Assembly: GCA_050251055.1 (NCBI GenBank) | Contig: JBFWNL010000005.1 | Span: 128,001-192,000, forward strand | Direction: 5' to 3' | Source of the DNA: Bacteriovoracia bacterium | GTDB taxonomy: Bacteria; Bdellovibrionota; UBA1018; JBFWNL01 | DNA: 64,000 nucleotides | Shown here: in pieces, positions 38,733 through 48,302 of the stretch | Numbering within the stretch: position 1 is the stretch's first letter | How the letters are laid out: the number at the start of each line of letters is the position of its first letter | Program-made: the position numbers and the translations under genes | Notes under the pieces: generated by a model | Database searches by the model: none | What the model saw: only the letters and a program-made list of their open reading frames with translations | Told to the model about the DNA's origin: nothing

Positions 38733-39311
38733 ATGCACAAGCAAATCGCGGTATTTGGCCTTTACTCAAATCGATTGAGCGTGGAACGCGCGGTGGATCG
38801 CCTAAAGATGGAAGGGTTTCGTAACACCGATATATCGGTTCTGATGCCGGAAAGCGTGGGTGACCGGGAGCTCGCCCATGAGAAGCAGACGAAAGCACCT
38901 GAAGGAGCTACGGCGGGCGCGGGCACGGGCGCCGTTGTCGGCGGCGTGCTGGGATGGCTTGCGGGTATCGGCGCGCTGGCGATTCCGGGCGTCGGTCCCC
39001 TGATCGCGGCGGGTCCCATCATGGGCGCGCTTGCGGGGGTGGGCGCGGGGGGAGCACTGGGCGGCGTCAGTGGCGCGCTGATCGGCTTAGGTTTTCCCGA
39101 GTACGAGGCTAAACGTTACGAGGGTTACATCAAGGACGGGGGGATTCTGCTTTCCGTCCATGTTGATGGTTCGGAGTGGAAGAAGAAAGCCGAAAAGCTT
39201 CTGAAGGAAACGGGAGCCGAAGGCGTTTCGTCCTCCGCGGAGGTGGCGGCCGCGTCGCCGTCGCTCACGCGTGGCGATGGAAATGATCGCGACATTGACG
39301 TCGCGATTTAA
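38733..39311 (+). CDS. General stress protein (17M/DUF3341-like) with glycine zipper
   Basis: AVDRL..EGF...DISVL, GAGTGAVVGG, AIPGVGPLIAAGP and PEYEAKRYE...GGILLSVH. Confidence 0.88.
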   Translation: MHKQIAVFGLYSNRLSVERAVDRLKMEGFRNTDISVLMPESVGDRELAHEKQTKAPEGATAGAGTGAVVGGVLGWLAGIGALAIPGVGPLIAAGPIMGALAGVGAGGALGGVSGALIGLGFPEYEAKRYEGYIKDGGILLSVHVDGSEWKKKAEKLLKETGAEGVSSSAEVAAASPSLTRGDGNDRDIDVAI

Positions 39312-39331
39312 AAGTAGAGAAGGAGGCGATT

Positions 39332-39805
39332 ATGAAGCCGATATACGTGCTATTTTTGGCCGTCGTCTTGGCCGTTTTGTCCCCGGGTTGCGCCACCCGC
39401 AAGTCGGATGCGGTCTTGGATGCAAAGCTACGCGCGGAGTCGCCGAATAAAGATGCCGCCGCGCTTAGCGCGCAAACGGGGGCGGCGATCGACCGTATGC
39501 CTGATTTGACGGACGAGCAAAGGGTGAGGCTGAATGACTTGCGCATATCTACGCGAAACGAGTTGCAGAGGTTGCGTGACGAGTCTGTGAAGCTGAGATC
39601 GGCCTTAATCAAGGACATAGTGAGTACGACGTATAACGCCAAAGAGATCGATCTGATCAAAGACCGCTTGCGTTGGAATTCCAATCAGCGGCTGTCGACG
39701 ATTTTCAAGGCGATCGATCAGACCAACACGATCCTTGAGCGCAAGCACCCGGAGAATCTCCGGGCGATGCGGGATCTCTTGGGCGCGCCCGACTCGATTG
39801 ACTGA
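39332..39805 (+). CDS. Spy/CpxP-like helical lipoprotein
   Basis: Lipobox SPGC; LTDEQ motif. Confidence 0.72.
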   Translation: MKPIYVLFLAVVLAVLSPGCATRKSDAVLDAKLRAESPNKDAAALSAQTGAAIDRMPDLTDEQRVRLNDLRISTRNELQRLRDESVKLRSALIKDIVSTTYNAKEIDLIKDRLRWNSNQRLSTIFKAIDQTNTILERKHPENLRAMRDLLGAPDSID

Positions 39806-39821
39806 GAGTAGCCGACGGCGC

Positions 39822-39836
39822 TGGCGCGGTAGTTGC
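39822..39836 (+). promoter_or_regulatory. Putative sigma-54 promoter
   Basis: TGGCGC-GGTAG-TTGC, 57 bp upstream of ATG 39893. Confidence 0.65.
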
Positions 39837-39892
39837 TTGTACCGTCGGCACGCAGTCTAAACTTAAACCAATCGTCCAGAGAGGAAACCGAT

Positions 39893-40234
39893 ATGGAAAC
39901 CAATCAGAATCAACCCAATGAAGCAAACAAATCTGATCGTATGAATAGTCAATCGAGCCCAGGCACCCAGTGGGAGCAAACCAAGCGGAAGATCAAGGCG
40001 CGTTTTAGCAAGCTCAACGACAGTGACATCGACGAATGCCGGCACGACCTAGACCAGCTGCGTGGCAAAGTGCAGAAGGCGTACGGCTACTCGGACGAAA
40101 AAGCGGGCGAAGAGTTCGACTCATTCAAACAGTCGCTAGACGGCATGCGGTCGAATACTCAGTCCGGGTTAAATCAGTCTAAAGACCAAGATCAGACGAA
40201 GGACCAAGATCAGTCCTACTCCAAAGCAGTATAA
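39893..40234 (+). CDS. CsbD/YjbJ-like stress protein
   Basis: W.QTK.KIK..F.KL.D.D...DQL.GKVQ.AYGYS.EKA; C-terminal KDQDQ duplication. Confidence 0.85.
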   Translation: METNQNQPNEANKSDRMNSQSSPGTQWEQTKRKIKARFSKLNDSDIDECRHDLDQLRGKVQKAYGYSDEKAGEEFDSFKQSLDGMRSNTQSGLNQSKDQDQTKDQDQSYSKAV

Positions 40235-40257
40235 TCGTTCGAAAGGAAATCCACAGC

Positions 40258-40956
40258 ATGAAGAAGTTGGTTCTCTTGATTCTAGGCATGGCGCTCGCGT
40301 GTCCCGCGATCGCCGATGATTCTCAGTTCGCTATGCAAAGCCGTTATGAAAAGGCGGTCATCCGTCTGGACAAAGCAGGCATCGTGCTCGACGAATACAT
40401 GGCGGACTTCAAGTCCGCTATTCCCGACGAGCTGCTCAAGAAAGCGCAATGCGTTTTCGTCGTTCCGAGCGTCGTGAAGGTGGGTTTTATCTTCGGCGTC
40501 CGCACGGGAAAGGGCGTGGTGAGCTGTCGTACCGGCGAGGGTTGGAGTAACGTCTCCTTCACGAACATCACCGGGGGAAGCCTCGGGCTCCAGGCGGGAG
40601 TTCAAGTCAGCGACTTGGTCTTAGTGTTCACCAATCGCCAGGCCGTGGATATTCTCGTAAAGGGCAACCTGCAATTGGCGGGTGAGATGTCGGTAGCGAT
40701 CGGGCCCTTGGGGCGCGACTTTCAAGCCGGTACGGAAGGATTCAAGAGCCCTGTTTACTCGTATTCACGGGCCAAGGGACTCTACGCGGGGATCTCACTG
40801 GCCGGTGCCGTGCTGGCGCCATCGAAGAAAGACAACCGCGAAATGTACGGAGAAGGTATCACTGCGCGCGAGCTATTACTGACGTACGACGCGAACCCGC
40901 CGGCCCCGGTAGCCGAATTCCTCGGTAAGCTGGAAGCGTACTCTCCCAGCTACTAA
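40258..40956 (+). CDS. Lipid-binding SYLF/Ysc84 domain protein
   Basis: IP..LL..A, K.GF.FG...G.G...CR, GGS.GLQAG and YSYSRAKGLYAGISL.G. Confidence 0.92.
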   Translation: MKKLVLLILGMALACPAIADDSQFAMQSRYEKAVIRLDKAGIVLDEYMADFKSAIPDELLKKAQCVFVVPSVVKVGFIFGVRTGKGVVSCRTGEGWSNVSFTNITGGSLGLQAGVQVSDLVLVFTNRQAVDILVKGNLQLAGEMSVAIGPLGRDFQAGTEGFKSPVYSYSRAKGLYAGISLAGAVLAPSKKDNREMYGEGITARELLLTYDANPPAPVAEFLGKLEAYSPSY

Positions 40957-40960
40957 GGCA

Positions 40961-41011
40961 TTGCGTCCCCCGGAGCCCCCTATCCACCTAGGGTGGCCAC
41001 GGGGGACGCAA
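40961..41011. terminator. Hairpin between convergent genes (likely bidirectional terminator)
   Basis: 12-bp inverted repeat TTGCGTCCCCCG/CGGGGGACGCAA. Confidence 0.65.
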
Positions 41012-41023
41012 ACTTTTAGGGGG

Positions 41024-41899
41024 CTAGCTCCAGCTTCGCTTAAGCTCCCGAATTAGGGTCTTGGCCTCAAGCTTCATTCCGCCACTAACTTTTCGCCAGT
41101 CTAGGTCTTCGACCGCGCCAATCAGAGCAAGGGCAAAGTTCAGATTCAAACGCTTAGGCGCGTTCTCAACTACCCGCTGGAATGCGTCTTCCCAGCCTGC
41201 GCTTCGCAGTTTTTCGATGGTGTCAATACCGATGCCACGGAGGTCTACTCCCGACATCGGCCCGAGGTTGCGGGCCGTTTCGATCGGGGTTTGGCCTGGG
41301 GGATATCTTTTTTTCCACTTCTCCGTTGCTTCCACTATCCTTCGAAGCTTCGTTCCGGCGGCTGAATCTTCTATCAGCATGGACAGCCGCTGTTTTCGGG
41401 TCTCGACGCGCTTGGCCTGATTCACCCAACGGGTCATGTATCGTTGATAACTGGAGGTCTGTTCCGAGAAAAACCGCCACGCCTTCGGGTGGGAACGGAA
41501 CTCCCGCCGTTGGGCGGGTGTAAACTGGGGAGGGGTTTCCTCAGACGAGGCCCGGTCGCGAGCCGCAAAAGCGCGTTCGCCGGCGGGTTGGGTTCGCTTT
41601 TGCCGACGCAACGCTTCGAAGCGCTTGATCGTCGGCAAGCTCCAGGTGCCTCCCAGCTTCCGCCGCATGAACTTCACTTGGTACGTGAAAGGATCGATGC
41701 TTCGAACGATGATATTTACCCAGCCAAAACAAAGCATCTCGTCGAATGCGTCGCGATAAGCTAGGGCATCGTCCCGAAAGCCCGCCTTATGGAAGCCGGC
41801 CCATAACTCCGGCTGCTTCGCGTGATTTTTCTTCAGCCAGGAGCGAAGTTCGGCTGCGGTTCGAAAAAAATGAGGACGGGGAGGCGCGGGGTTGGGCAT
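41024..41899 (-). CDS. YdeI/OmpD-associated family protein fused to a TfoX C-terminal-like domain
   Basis: F..AAELRSWL..NH, LCFGW and W..QAKR.ETR..RL; then RNLGP....L..IGI.T...L...GW..A and AL.GA...DWR. Start could be TTG 41935. Confidence 0.82.
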   Translation of the reverse strand: MPNPAPPRPHFFRTAAELRSWLKKNHAKQPELWAGFHKAGFRDDALAYRDAFDEMLCFGWVNIIVRSIDPFTYQVKFMRRKLGGTWSLPTIKRFEALRRQKRTQPAGERAFAARDRASSEETPPQFTPAQRREFRSHPKAWRFFSEQTSSYQRYMTRWVNQAKRVETRKQRLSMLIEDSAAGTKLRRIVEATEKWKKRYPPGQTPIETARNLGPMSGVDLRGIGIDTIEKLRSAGWEDAFQRVVENAPKRLNLNFALALIGAVEDLDWRKVSGGMKLEAKTLIRELKRSWS

Positions 41900-41992
41900 G
41901 GGGTACGGGTTCGCATACGGGAGCCATTTTCTCAATTGAAATCCAGTTACAACTCAGTGGAAGTTCAGGTGATTAAAGGCTACCTTTTAGGG

Positions 41993-42907
41993 ATGGGAAT
42001 TCGCGGGATACTGAGTTGTATAGCGGTGATGGGACTGCTCTTGGGTGGCGTGGGCTGCTCGCGCGTTTCCATCATGTACCGCTTCGCCGGCCCGTTCGTC
42101 GTTACCGCGATCGATAAGTATTTTGACTTGGATTCAACGCAAGCGGAAAAGACTCGGACGCTCGTGGATAAAGAGCTGAAAGGCCTGGTTCAGCATCAGA
42201 TACCCCACGTAAACGAATCACTGCGGGAGTATCTACGCCTCGTGAAGAATCCCGACCTGACCCGCGCGCAGTATGACGCGTTCGCCGATCGGGCTCGGGA
42301 TAAGTTCTTGGCGGCTTTACCCCAACTCGAGGGCAGCGTGAAGGAATTCACAGCTTCGCTGACGCCCCGCCAGATGGAGCATTACGGAAAGATCGCGCTC
42401 GAAAATTTACGCAAGGAAGAAGAGCGGCTTAAAAGCTCCGCGGGCCGGGAGAAACAGCTTCGGCAGCGAATCAGTTTTGGTTACGACCTCGTGGGGCTCG
42501 AGCTTAACGCGGCCCAGAAGGAGCAATTCGCGCGATTCCTGGCCGAGAGCAAGTATCCGTTCGAGCTTGAAATTCGGAATCGTGAGCGTACGATCCGAAA
42601 GTTTCTCGAGGCGGCGAAGAAACCCGATACGCGTGATGCCTTTTTACACGAAATTTTGCACCATCCCTTGAGATTTCGGGACGACGCCTATCGGAAGGCT
42701 TACGAAGAGTACCGACAAATTTCCCACTCGTTCCAACACCGGCTTATTCGCTCGTTCACCGAAGCCCAGCAGATCCGCATCGAGCGGAAGGTGCGCGACC
42801 TTATCCAGCAGCTGGAAGAGTTACGGAGGGCGGAGGGATTCGCTTGCCCGTCACCATGCGGTTCACCAATGACATCATCGCTAGCACGAATAGCATCGCG
42901 GCGGTAA
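41993..42907 (+). CDS. DUF6279-like helical lipoprotein
   Basis: Lipobox GVGC; Y..A......DKYFDL...Q; repeated LTxxQ-like motifs. Confidence 0.75.
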   Translation: MGIRGILSCIAVMGLLLGGVGCSRVSIMYRFAGPFVVTAIDKYFDLDSTQAEKTRTLVDKELKGLVQHQIPHVNESLREYLRLVKNPDLTRAQYDAFADRARDKFLAALPQLEGSVKEFTASLTPRQMEHYGKIALENLRKEEERLKSSAGREKQLRQRISFGYDLVGLELNAAQKEQFARFLAESKYPFELEIRNRERTIRKFLEAAKKPDTRDAFLHEILHHPLRFRDDAYRKAYEEYRQISHSFQHRLIRSFTEAQQIRIERKVRDLIQQLEELRRAEGFACPSPCGSPMTSSLARIASRR

Positions 42908-44072
42908 CGACGTAGCCCAGGACTTCGTAGCGTCCTAGACTGCCATCGGGACGCGGAATCACGATCATACCGGCTAGCCCCGCCGCCAATCCGCCGGAGA
43001 TTTGCTGGATCGATGCGTTGACCGCCATAAAGGCGCCCCGATCGGCCGGAGCGGGCACCGCCGTAATCAAGGCGGACGAAGAGATGATGCGGGCCGTGAT
43101 GCCGATGAATAAAAGCGCGCTGAGCAACGTCACCGCCCAGAACGGAGTCGGCCCCAACCGGGTATAAATGAGCACGATCGTGATGCTCAGTAGCGAACCG
43201 AAGAAAAACACGGGGAACTTTCCATGCCGATCGCTGGCGCGCCCGAGGAGTGGGCCGGCGATGATCGTACAGGTGCCGGTGATCATGTAAATCAACGGCA
43301 GGCGGTCGAAAGGGATGCCGAGATTGTGCACGGTAAAGGCGCTACCAAAAGGCATGAGCATGAAACCACCGGTGGCGAGCAGGGCCATCGTTAGGAAGCC
43401 GATCTGGTGACGGGGCTTCAGCACCGTCTGAATGAGGTGTCGCACGGCCTTGCGCTCGGTTTGTAGCTTGAGATGCCCGTCGATCGGACGAAGCCGGGCG
43501 ATGATCAATCCCCCGACCAGGGAACTAATGACGACAATGAGAATAAAGGGGGCATGCCAGCCCCAGAGGCTCGAGATGTAAAGCCCTAGCGGGAGTCCCA
43601 TGACCTGGCTCGCCGCGAACGCCGATTGGACCACGCCCATGACGCGCCCCCGGGTTTCCAGGGGAAATAGGTCGGTGGCGATGGCCAACACGATCGAACC
43701 GATGACGCCGCCAAAGAGTCCCGTGATCATGCGGGCGAGCACCAATAGATGATAGGTCGGGGCTAAGCCACAGAAGAGCGTGCCCAAGATGAAGCCAGCG
43801 TAAAAAAAGAGCAGCAGGCGCTTGCGGTCGAAGCGATCGGCGAAGCCAGCCGATAAAAAGCCAGAAATCCCCGCGCTAAATGCGTAGACGGAGACGACGA
43901 ACCCGAACTGAGAGGGGGTGATGTTCAGGGTGGGCATCAGGATCGCGCCCAACGGCGAGAGAATCATGAAGTCGAGGATGATCGTGAACTGTAAGAAAGC
44001 GAGAATTCCAACGACGAATTTTTCATAGGAAGTGAGTGCCGGCACGGGTGTAGTGGTGGGATGGGTCGCCAT
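42801..44072 (-). CDS. MFS transporter
   Basis: 12 TM helices; motif A ADRFDRKR; RG.VMG. Confidence 0.93.
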   Translation of the reverse strand: MATHPTTTPVPALTSYEKFVVGILAFLQFTIILDFMILSPLGAILMPTLNITPSQFGFVVSVYAFSAGISGFLSAGFADRFDRKRLLLFFYAGFILGTLFCGLAPTYHLLVLARMITGLFGGVIGSIVLAIATDLFPLETRGRVMGVVQSAFAASQVMGLPLGLYISSLWGWHAPFILIVVISSLVGGLIIARLRPIDGHLKLQTERKAVRHLIQTVLKPRHQIGFLTMALLATGGFMLMPFGSAFTVHNLGIPFDRLPLIYMITGTCTIIAGPLLGRASDRHGKFPVFFFGSLLSITIVLIYTRLGPTPFWAVTLLSALLFIGITARIISSSALITAVPAPADRGAFMAVNASIQQISGGLAAGLAGMIVIPRPDGSLGRYEVLGYVVTAAMLFVLAMMSLVNRMVTGKRIPPPSVTLPAAG

Positions 44073-44169
44073 TGGGTATTTTTAACATCACTCGGCCGGT
44101 TGGGCCATATCTGACTTGGCGCCCCACGGGGACTAGGGCTTTGTGGGAGCCCGGCGATGATCTAGAGAC

Positions 44170-44523
44170 TCAGAGCGGATTCATATCGTATCCGTACGGG
44201 CTTTCCCCCGGCGAGGTCATGCGGCGCGGGATGTAGCGGCGCGGAGCGGGGGCATCGGTGGGACGTTCTGGACGGGGGCCGCAGCGCCCGGCGCGGCTTT
44301 GATAGGCGGTGAGCGCCAGTCCAGTGCAATCGAGTAAGTCATCGAGCCGGTCCTCGTCGAAGCCGATGATTTCGTAGCATTGCTGAAGATCGGCGCGGTA
44401 CTGGCGCTGGGCCTCGAGGATGCAGTTGACGTAAGCCCGCTCTTCCGGCGTAAGCTCATCCGCGTTGGACCAAGCGCTGAACCCTAATCCGATCAAGCAC
44501 CAGATCACCCAAAATTTGCTCAT
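44170..44523 (-). CDS. Small secreted Cys-containing helical protein
   Basis: Signal peptide (SNA); four Cys in the mature part; SD GGAGGGG. Confidence 0.7.
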   Translation of the reverse strand: MSKFWVIWCLIGLGFSAWSNADELTPEERAYVNCILEAQRQYRADLQQCYEIIGFDEDRLDDLLDCTGLALTAYQSRAGRCGPRPERPTDAPAPRRYIPRRMTSPGESPYGYDMNPL

Positions 44524-44570
44524 TTTAGCCCCTCCGAAAGGAATAACCCTTCGGAGGGAACGGACTGACG

Positions 44571-44951
44571 CTAGTCGTGGCAAACGGCTTCGATATTGTG
44601 TCCGTCAGGATCCAGGACAAACGCGCCATAGTACCGGTCATGGTATTCTGCCCGTGGCCCCGGAGGCCCGTTATCGCGTCCGCCCGCGGCCAGAGCGGCC
44701 TGGTAAAACGCGTCTACCTCCGCTCGAGTGCCGGCGCGGAAGGCGACGTGAAGGGGTGGGACTTGGGGTTTTCCTTGAGCCACCCAGAAGTCCGGTTTGG
44801 GCGCCACGCCAAAGCCACCGATATCGTTCTCTCCGCCTTCGGTCATGGAGAATTCCATGATCGGGGTGTAGCCCAACGGCGCGAGCGCCTTCGTATAAAA
44901 TTCCCGGCTTTTTTTGTAGTTCGAAACATTCAATCCGGTGTGGTCGATCAA
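44571..44951 (-). CDS. VOC (glyoxalase) family protein
   Basis: IDH.GL.V, HVAF, GG.DNG.PG.R and YYGAFVLDPDGHNIEAV. Confidence 0.93.
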   Translation of the reverse strand: MIDHTGLNVSNYKKSREFYTKALAPLGYTPIMEFSMTEGGENDIGGFGVAPKPDFWVAQGKPQVPPLHVAFRAGTRAEVDAFYQAALAAGGRDNGPPGPRAEYHDRYYGAFVLDPDGHNIEAVCHD

Positions 44952-44962
44952 GTGAGCTCCTT

Positions 44963-44977
44963 TGGCTTGCGGTTTGC
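44963..44977 (+). promoter_or_regulatory. Putative sigma-54 promoter
   Basis: TGGCTT-GCGGT-TTGC, 32 bp upstream of ATG 45009. Confidence 0.62.
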
Positions 44978-45008
44978 AATTTTATATCTCACCCAGGAGG
45001 GCTTGCCC

Positions 45009-45542
45009 ATGAAAGTTTCGGAAGCGATTTTATGCGTTTTGGCGTTTTGGTGCATCGGCGCGTCGGCCAGTTTGGCCAACGACTATGCCAGCGACAGCCT
45101 GACGGATCCCCAGATCGCGCAAGTAGTCATTCACTTGAATCGGGGAGAGATAGAAATGGCAAATTACGCCAAGAGTAAATCCACTAATCTCGCGGTTCGC
45201 GGCTTCGCCGACAAGATGATCCGGGAGCATGGCTCCGCTCGGGATAAGACTTTAGCGTTCGTGGCTAAACACGGAATGGAAAGCGAGAGCAGCACGGTCG
45301 GCGAGCAACTCAAGTCCAGTGCGGGCGCGGCGGAAGTAAAGTTAAAGCAAGCCCCGCCGGACGACTTCGACCGTGTTTACGTAGATACTCAGATTCAAGC
45401 CCACCAAGAGGCGCTAAAAACCATCGACGAGAAACTAATTCCCACCGTGAAAAGCGCGGAGCTGCGTAAGTTGTTGACGGAAATCCGCCCCAAGGTCGCC
45501 GCTCACTTGGATCACGCGAAGGACTTGAAACGCAAGCTTTAG
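45009..45542 (+). CDS. DUF4142 domain protein (exported)
   Basis: N.GEI..A, V..FA..M..EH, FDR.Y...Q...H and HL..A; SD AGGAGG. Confidence 0.9.
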   Translation: MKVSEAILCVLAFWCIGASASLANDYASDSLTDPQIAQVVIHLNRGEIEMANYAKSKSTNLAVRGFADKMIREHGSARDKTLAFVAKHGMESESSTVGEQLKSSAGAAEVKLKQAPPDDFDRVYVDTQIQAHQEALKTIDEKLIPTVKSAELRKLLTEIRPKVAAHLDHAKDLKRKL

Positions 45543-46594
45543 GCCGTACCCCGTAGAGAGGCGAGATCGATCACGAAGCGGTAGCGCACGTCACTTTTGA
45601 TCACCCGCTCATAAGCTTCGTTCACCTTTTGCATCGGGATTTTCTCGATATCGGAGACGATATTGTGCTTGCCGCAGAAATCGAGCATTTCTTGGGTTTC
45701 GCGAATTCCGCCGATCAGGGAGCCCGCGACCGAGCGGCGGCCCATCACGAGCGGGAATGCGCCGACGGGCACTTCCTTATCTGGGATACCCACGATCACG
45801 AAGGTGCCGTCGCGGCGGAGAAGCTGGAAATACTGATTCCAATCGATCGCCGCGGAAACCGTGTTGACGATGAGATCGAACTGCCCGGCCAGCTTCTCGA
45901 AAGTTTTTGCGTCCGCCGTAGCGTAAAAGTGACGGGCGCCCAGGCGCTTGGCGTCCTCGGCCTTTTTCATGGACTGACTCAGCACCGTCACCTCCGCGCC
46001 CAACGCGTTGGCGATCTTCACGCCCATGTGCCCCAGGCCGCCCAGGCCGACGATCGCGACTTTCTTGCCCGGACCCGCGCCCCAGTGTTTGAGCGGAGAA
46101 TAAAGCGTGATGCCGGCGCAGAGCAGGGGAGCCGCCCCATCGAGAGGGAGATTTGCCGGAATGCGGAGCACGTAGTTTTCGTCGACCACGATCTGGGTCG
46201 AGTACCCGCCTTGGGTGGGGGTAACGCCATCGCGCTCTTTTCCGTTGTAGGTGACGCTCATTCCGCCTTCGCAATACTGCTCCAGGCCTTCGCGGCAGCC
46301 CCGACAGTCACGGCAGGAATCCACGAAGCAGCCGACGCCGACACGATCCCCCGCCTTGAAGCGCGTGACCTTGGCGCCTACCCGCGAGACCACGCCCGCG
46401 ATTTCGTGCCCGGGCACCATGGGAAAGGTGGAGCCCCCCCATTCGTCGCGCGCCTGGTGGATGTCGGAGTGGCAGATGCCGCAGAAATGGATGTCGATCA
46501 TTACGTCGTGGGGACCGGCGTCTCGCCGCGAAAACTGAAAGGGTTTCAGAGGGCTTTTGGGGTCGAGGGCGGCGTACGCGAGGGTATTGGGCAT
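45539..46594 (-). CDS. NAD(P)-dependent zinc alcohol dehydrogenase (YahK/AdhC-like)
   Basis: CGICHSD, GHE, DSCRDC..C...[18 protein letters not shown] and YRFVID. Confidence 0.95.
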   Translation of the reverse strand: MPNTLAYAALDPKSPLKPFQFSRRDAGPHDVMIDIHFCGICHSDIHQARDEWGGSTFPMVPGHEIAGVVSRVGAKVTRFKAGDRVGVGCFVDSCRDCRGCREGLEQYCEGGMSVTYNGKERDGVTPTQGGYSTQIVVDENYVLRIPANLPLDGAAPLLCAGITLYSPLKHWGAGPGKKVAIVGLGGLGHMGVKIANALGAEVTVLSQSMKKAEDAKRLGARHFYATADAKTFEKLAGQFDLIVNTVSAAIDWNQYFQLLRRDGTFVIVGIPDKEVPVGAFPLVMGRRSVAGSLIGGIRETQEMLDFCGKHNIVSDIEKIPMQKVNEAYERVIKSDVRYRFVIDLASLRGTA

Positions 46595-46729
46595 GTTTAG
46601 ATTCCTTCAGAAAAAAGGTTTGGTGAATAACGCTGGGTTTTCAACCCTATACCCCGGGGTGCCCAATTGTAAATGGATCCCAATAATTAAATCGTTAATT
46701 GCCAGATACCGATGCGTAACCTGGTACGT

Positions 46730-47065
46730 ATGAAGCAACTAAATACAGTTCTGGTGGTGTCAGAAGATTTGGAACTGAGTCGTCGTTTGGCGACTTGCCT
46801 GCTCGGGCTGGGATTTATGGTCGTAACGGCAAGCGGTCCGGGCGCCGCCGAGACGGTGGTGGGAGCTTGTACCGTAGATGCGATCATTTCAGACGTGCAT
46901 CTGCGCGGGAATCTCGGCCGCTCGCTCGTGAGGGCTTTGCATCGCCGACATTCGGGGGATCCGGCGTACTTCTTCACGAATGATTATGCGGGGGAATGCC
47001 TGAGCTGCGTGGTGATATCGGGTCACTACGATTCGCTCGTGCCGAGTTTAAAGCGGTTGGCTTGA
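46730..47065 (+). CDS. Atypical single-domain response regulator (receiver-like)
   Basis: VLVVSED, DAIISDVHL and FFT; the conserved K-P motif is not evident; upstream of a histidine kinase. Confidence 0.6.
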   Translation: MKQLNTVLVVSEDLELSRRLATCLLGLGFMVVTASGPGAAETVVGACTVDAIISDVHLRGNLGRSLVRALHRRHSGDPAYFFTNDYAGECLSCVVISGHYDSLVPSLKRLA

Positions 47066-47117
47066 GTTAAGATAATTGAACTTCAGTTTTTGGTGAGGAG
47101 GCGTAGAGAATCGGGCT

Positions 47118-48302
47118 ATGGAGATCAATCGGAAGCCGGCAGCTACGGTATTGACGGAAGTGGTGGAGAGGCTCTCGCTCGCGTCGACCCTAACGGCAAT
47201 CACCCAGACCGTGGCCGAAGCGGCCCGCCACCTTTCCGGCGCCGATGGCGCCACCTTCGTTTTGAAAGATGGCGATCTTTGCCATTACGCGGACGAATTC
47301 GCGATATCGCCTTTGTGGAAAGGCAAACGTTTTCCCATGGAGGCGTGCATCAGTGGATGGAGCATGATTCATCGGCAGGTAGTGGTGATCCGGGATATTT
47401 ACCAGGACAACCGTATCCCGCACGATGCGTATCGTCCGACTTTCGTAAAAAGCCTGTGCATGGTCCCCATTCGCCAAGAATCGCCGCTCGGCGCGATCGG
47501 AAACTATTGGGCGCGCGAGTATTTGCCGACCGCCGAGGAAATCAAGCTGTTGCAGATTCTGGCGAATAGCTGCGCGGTGGCTCTCGAGAATTTGGAGCTT
47601 CGGCGAGCCGCGGAAACCAACCATGCCCGCGAGCTGGAAGTCGCGATGCATTCCCTGGCGCATGACCTGCGCAGCCCGCTTTTCACGATGATGGGCTGCG
47701 CGGACGTGTTGCAGATGCAGCTCGATTCCCGCCTGGATGTCAGCCAAGTGGATCTGTTTAACTCAATTCAAAAGACCGGACGCCAGGCCACCGAGCAAAT
47801 TGAAAAGATGCTCATGCTCTTTAAGGTGACGAATCGTCGCTTAGAGATGGCGCCTTTGAACCTGACTGAAATGGGGCAAGAGATTTGCGAGGACTTGAGG
47901 CGGCAGGAGCCGAAGCGTCGGGTGGAGTTTGCCATCGAAAGTGGTTTACGCGCATTTGGCGACCCTCACTTAGTCCGGGTCGCACTCGAGAACCTGCTGT
48001 CGAACGCGTTCAAGTACACTCGCAAACAGCTGACGCCAGCGATTGAGCTCGGTCGGGTGCAGGATAAGATGGTCAAACCCACTTTTTTTGTGCGGGACAA
48101 CGGAGCGGGCTTCGATCCTCAGCAAGCGGTGAAGCTCTTTCGCCCTTTGGCGAGGTTGCACAGCGATCAAGAGTTCTCCGGCACCGGGCTGGGGCTCGCG
48201 TCCGTCGCGCGGATCATTGAGCTTCATGGAGGTAAGGTCCGCGCCGAAGGGCAGAAGGCTCTCGGAGCCACCTTCTATTTCGAGCTACCGCAGGTCGGCT
48301 AG
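47118..48302 (+). CDS. Cytoplasmic GAF-domain histidine kinase
   Basis: GAF (ADGATFV, CISGW, DIY.D.RIP, FVKSL.MVP); AHDLRSPL; NLLSNAFKY; DNGAGF; GTGLGL. Confidence 0.93.
   Translation: MEINRKPAATVLTEVVERLSLASTLTAITQTVAEAARHLSGADGATFVLKDGDLCHYADEFAISPLWKGKRFPMEACISGWSMIHRQVVVIRDIYQDNRIPHDAYRPTFVKSLCMVPIRQESPLGAIGNYWAREYLPTAEEIKLLQILANSCAVALENLELRRAAETNHARELEVAMHSLAHDLRSPLFTMMGCADVLQMQLDSRLDVSQVDLFNSIQKTGRQATEQIEKMLMLFKVTNRRLEMAPLNLTEMGQEICEDLRRQEPKRRVEFAIESGLRAFGDPHLVRVALENLLSNAFKYTRKQLTPAIELGRVQDKMVKPTFFVRDNGAGFDPQQAVKLFRPLARLHSDQEFSGTGLGLASVARIIELHGGKVRAEGQKALGATFYFELPQVG

Noticed and set aside
44577-45008. 144-aa N-terminal extension of the DUF4142 ORF (apparent fusion)
   Set aside because: It overlaps the VOC gene in antisense; the real start is ATG 45009 with SD and signal peptide. 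Similar false extensions affect ORFs at 15255, 17670, 36442, 41822 and 55465.
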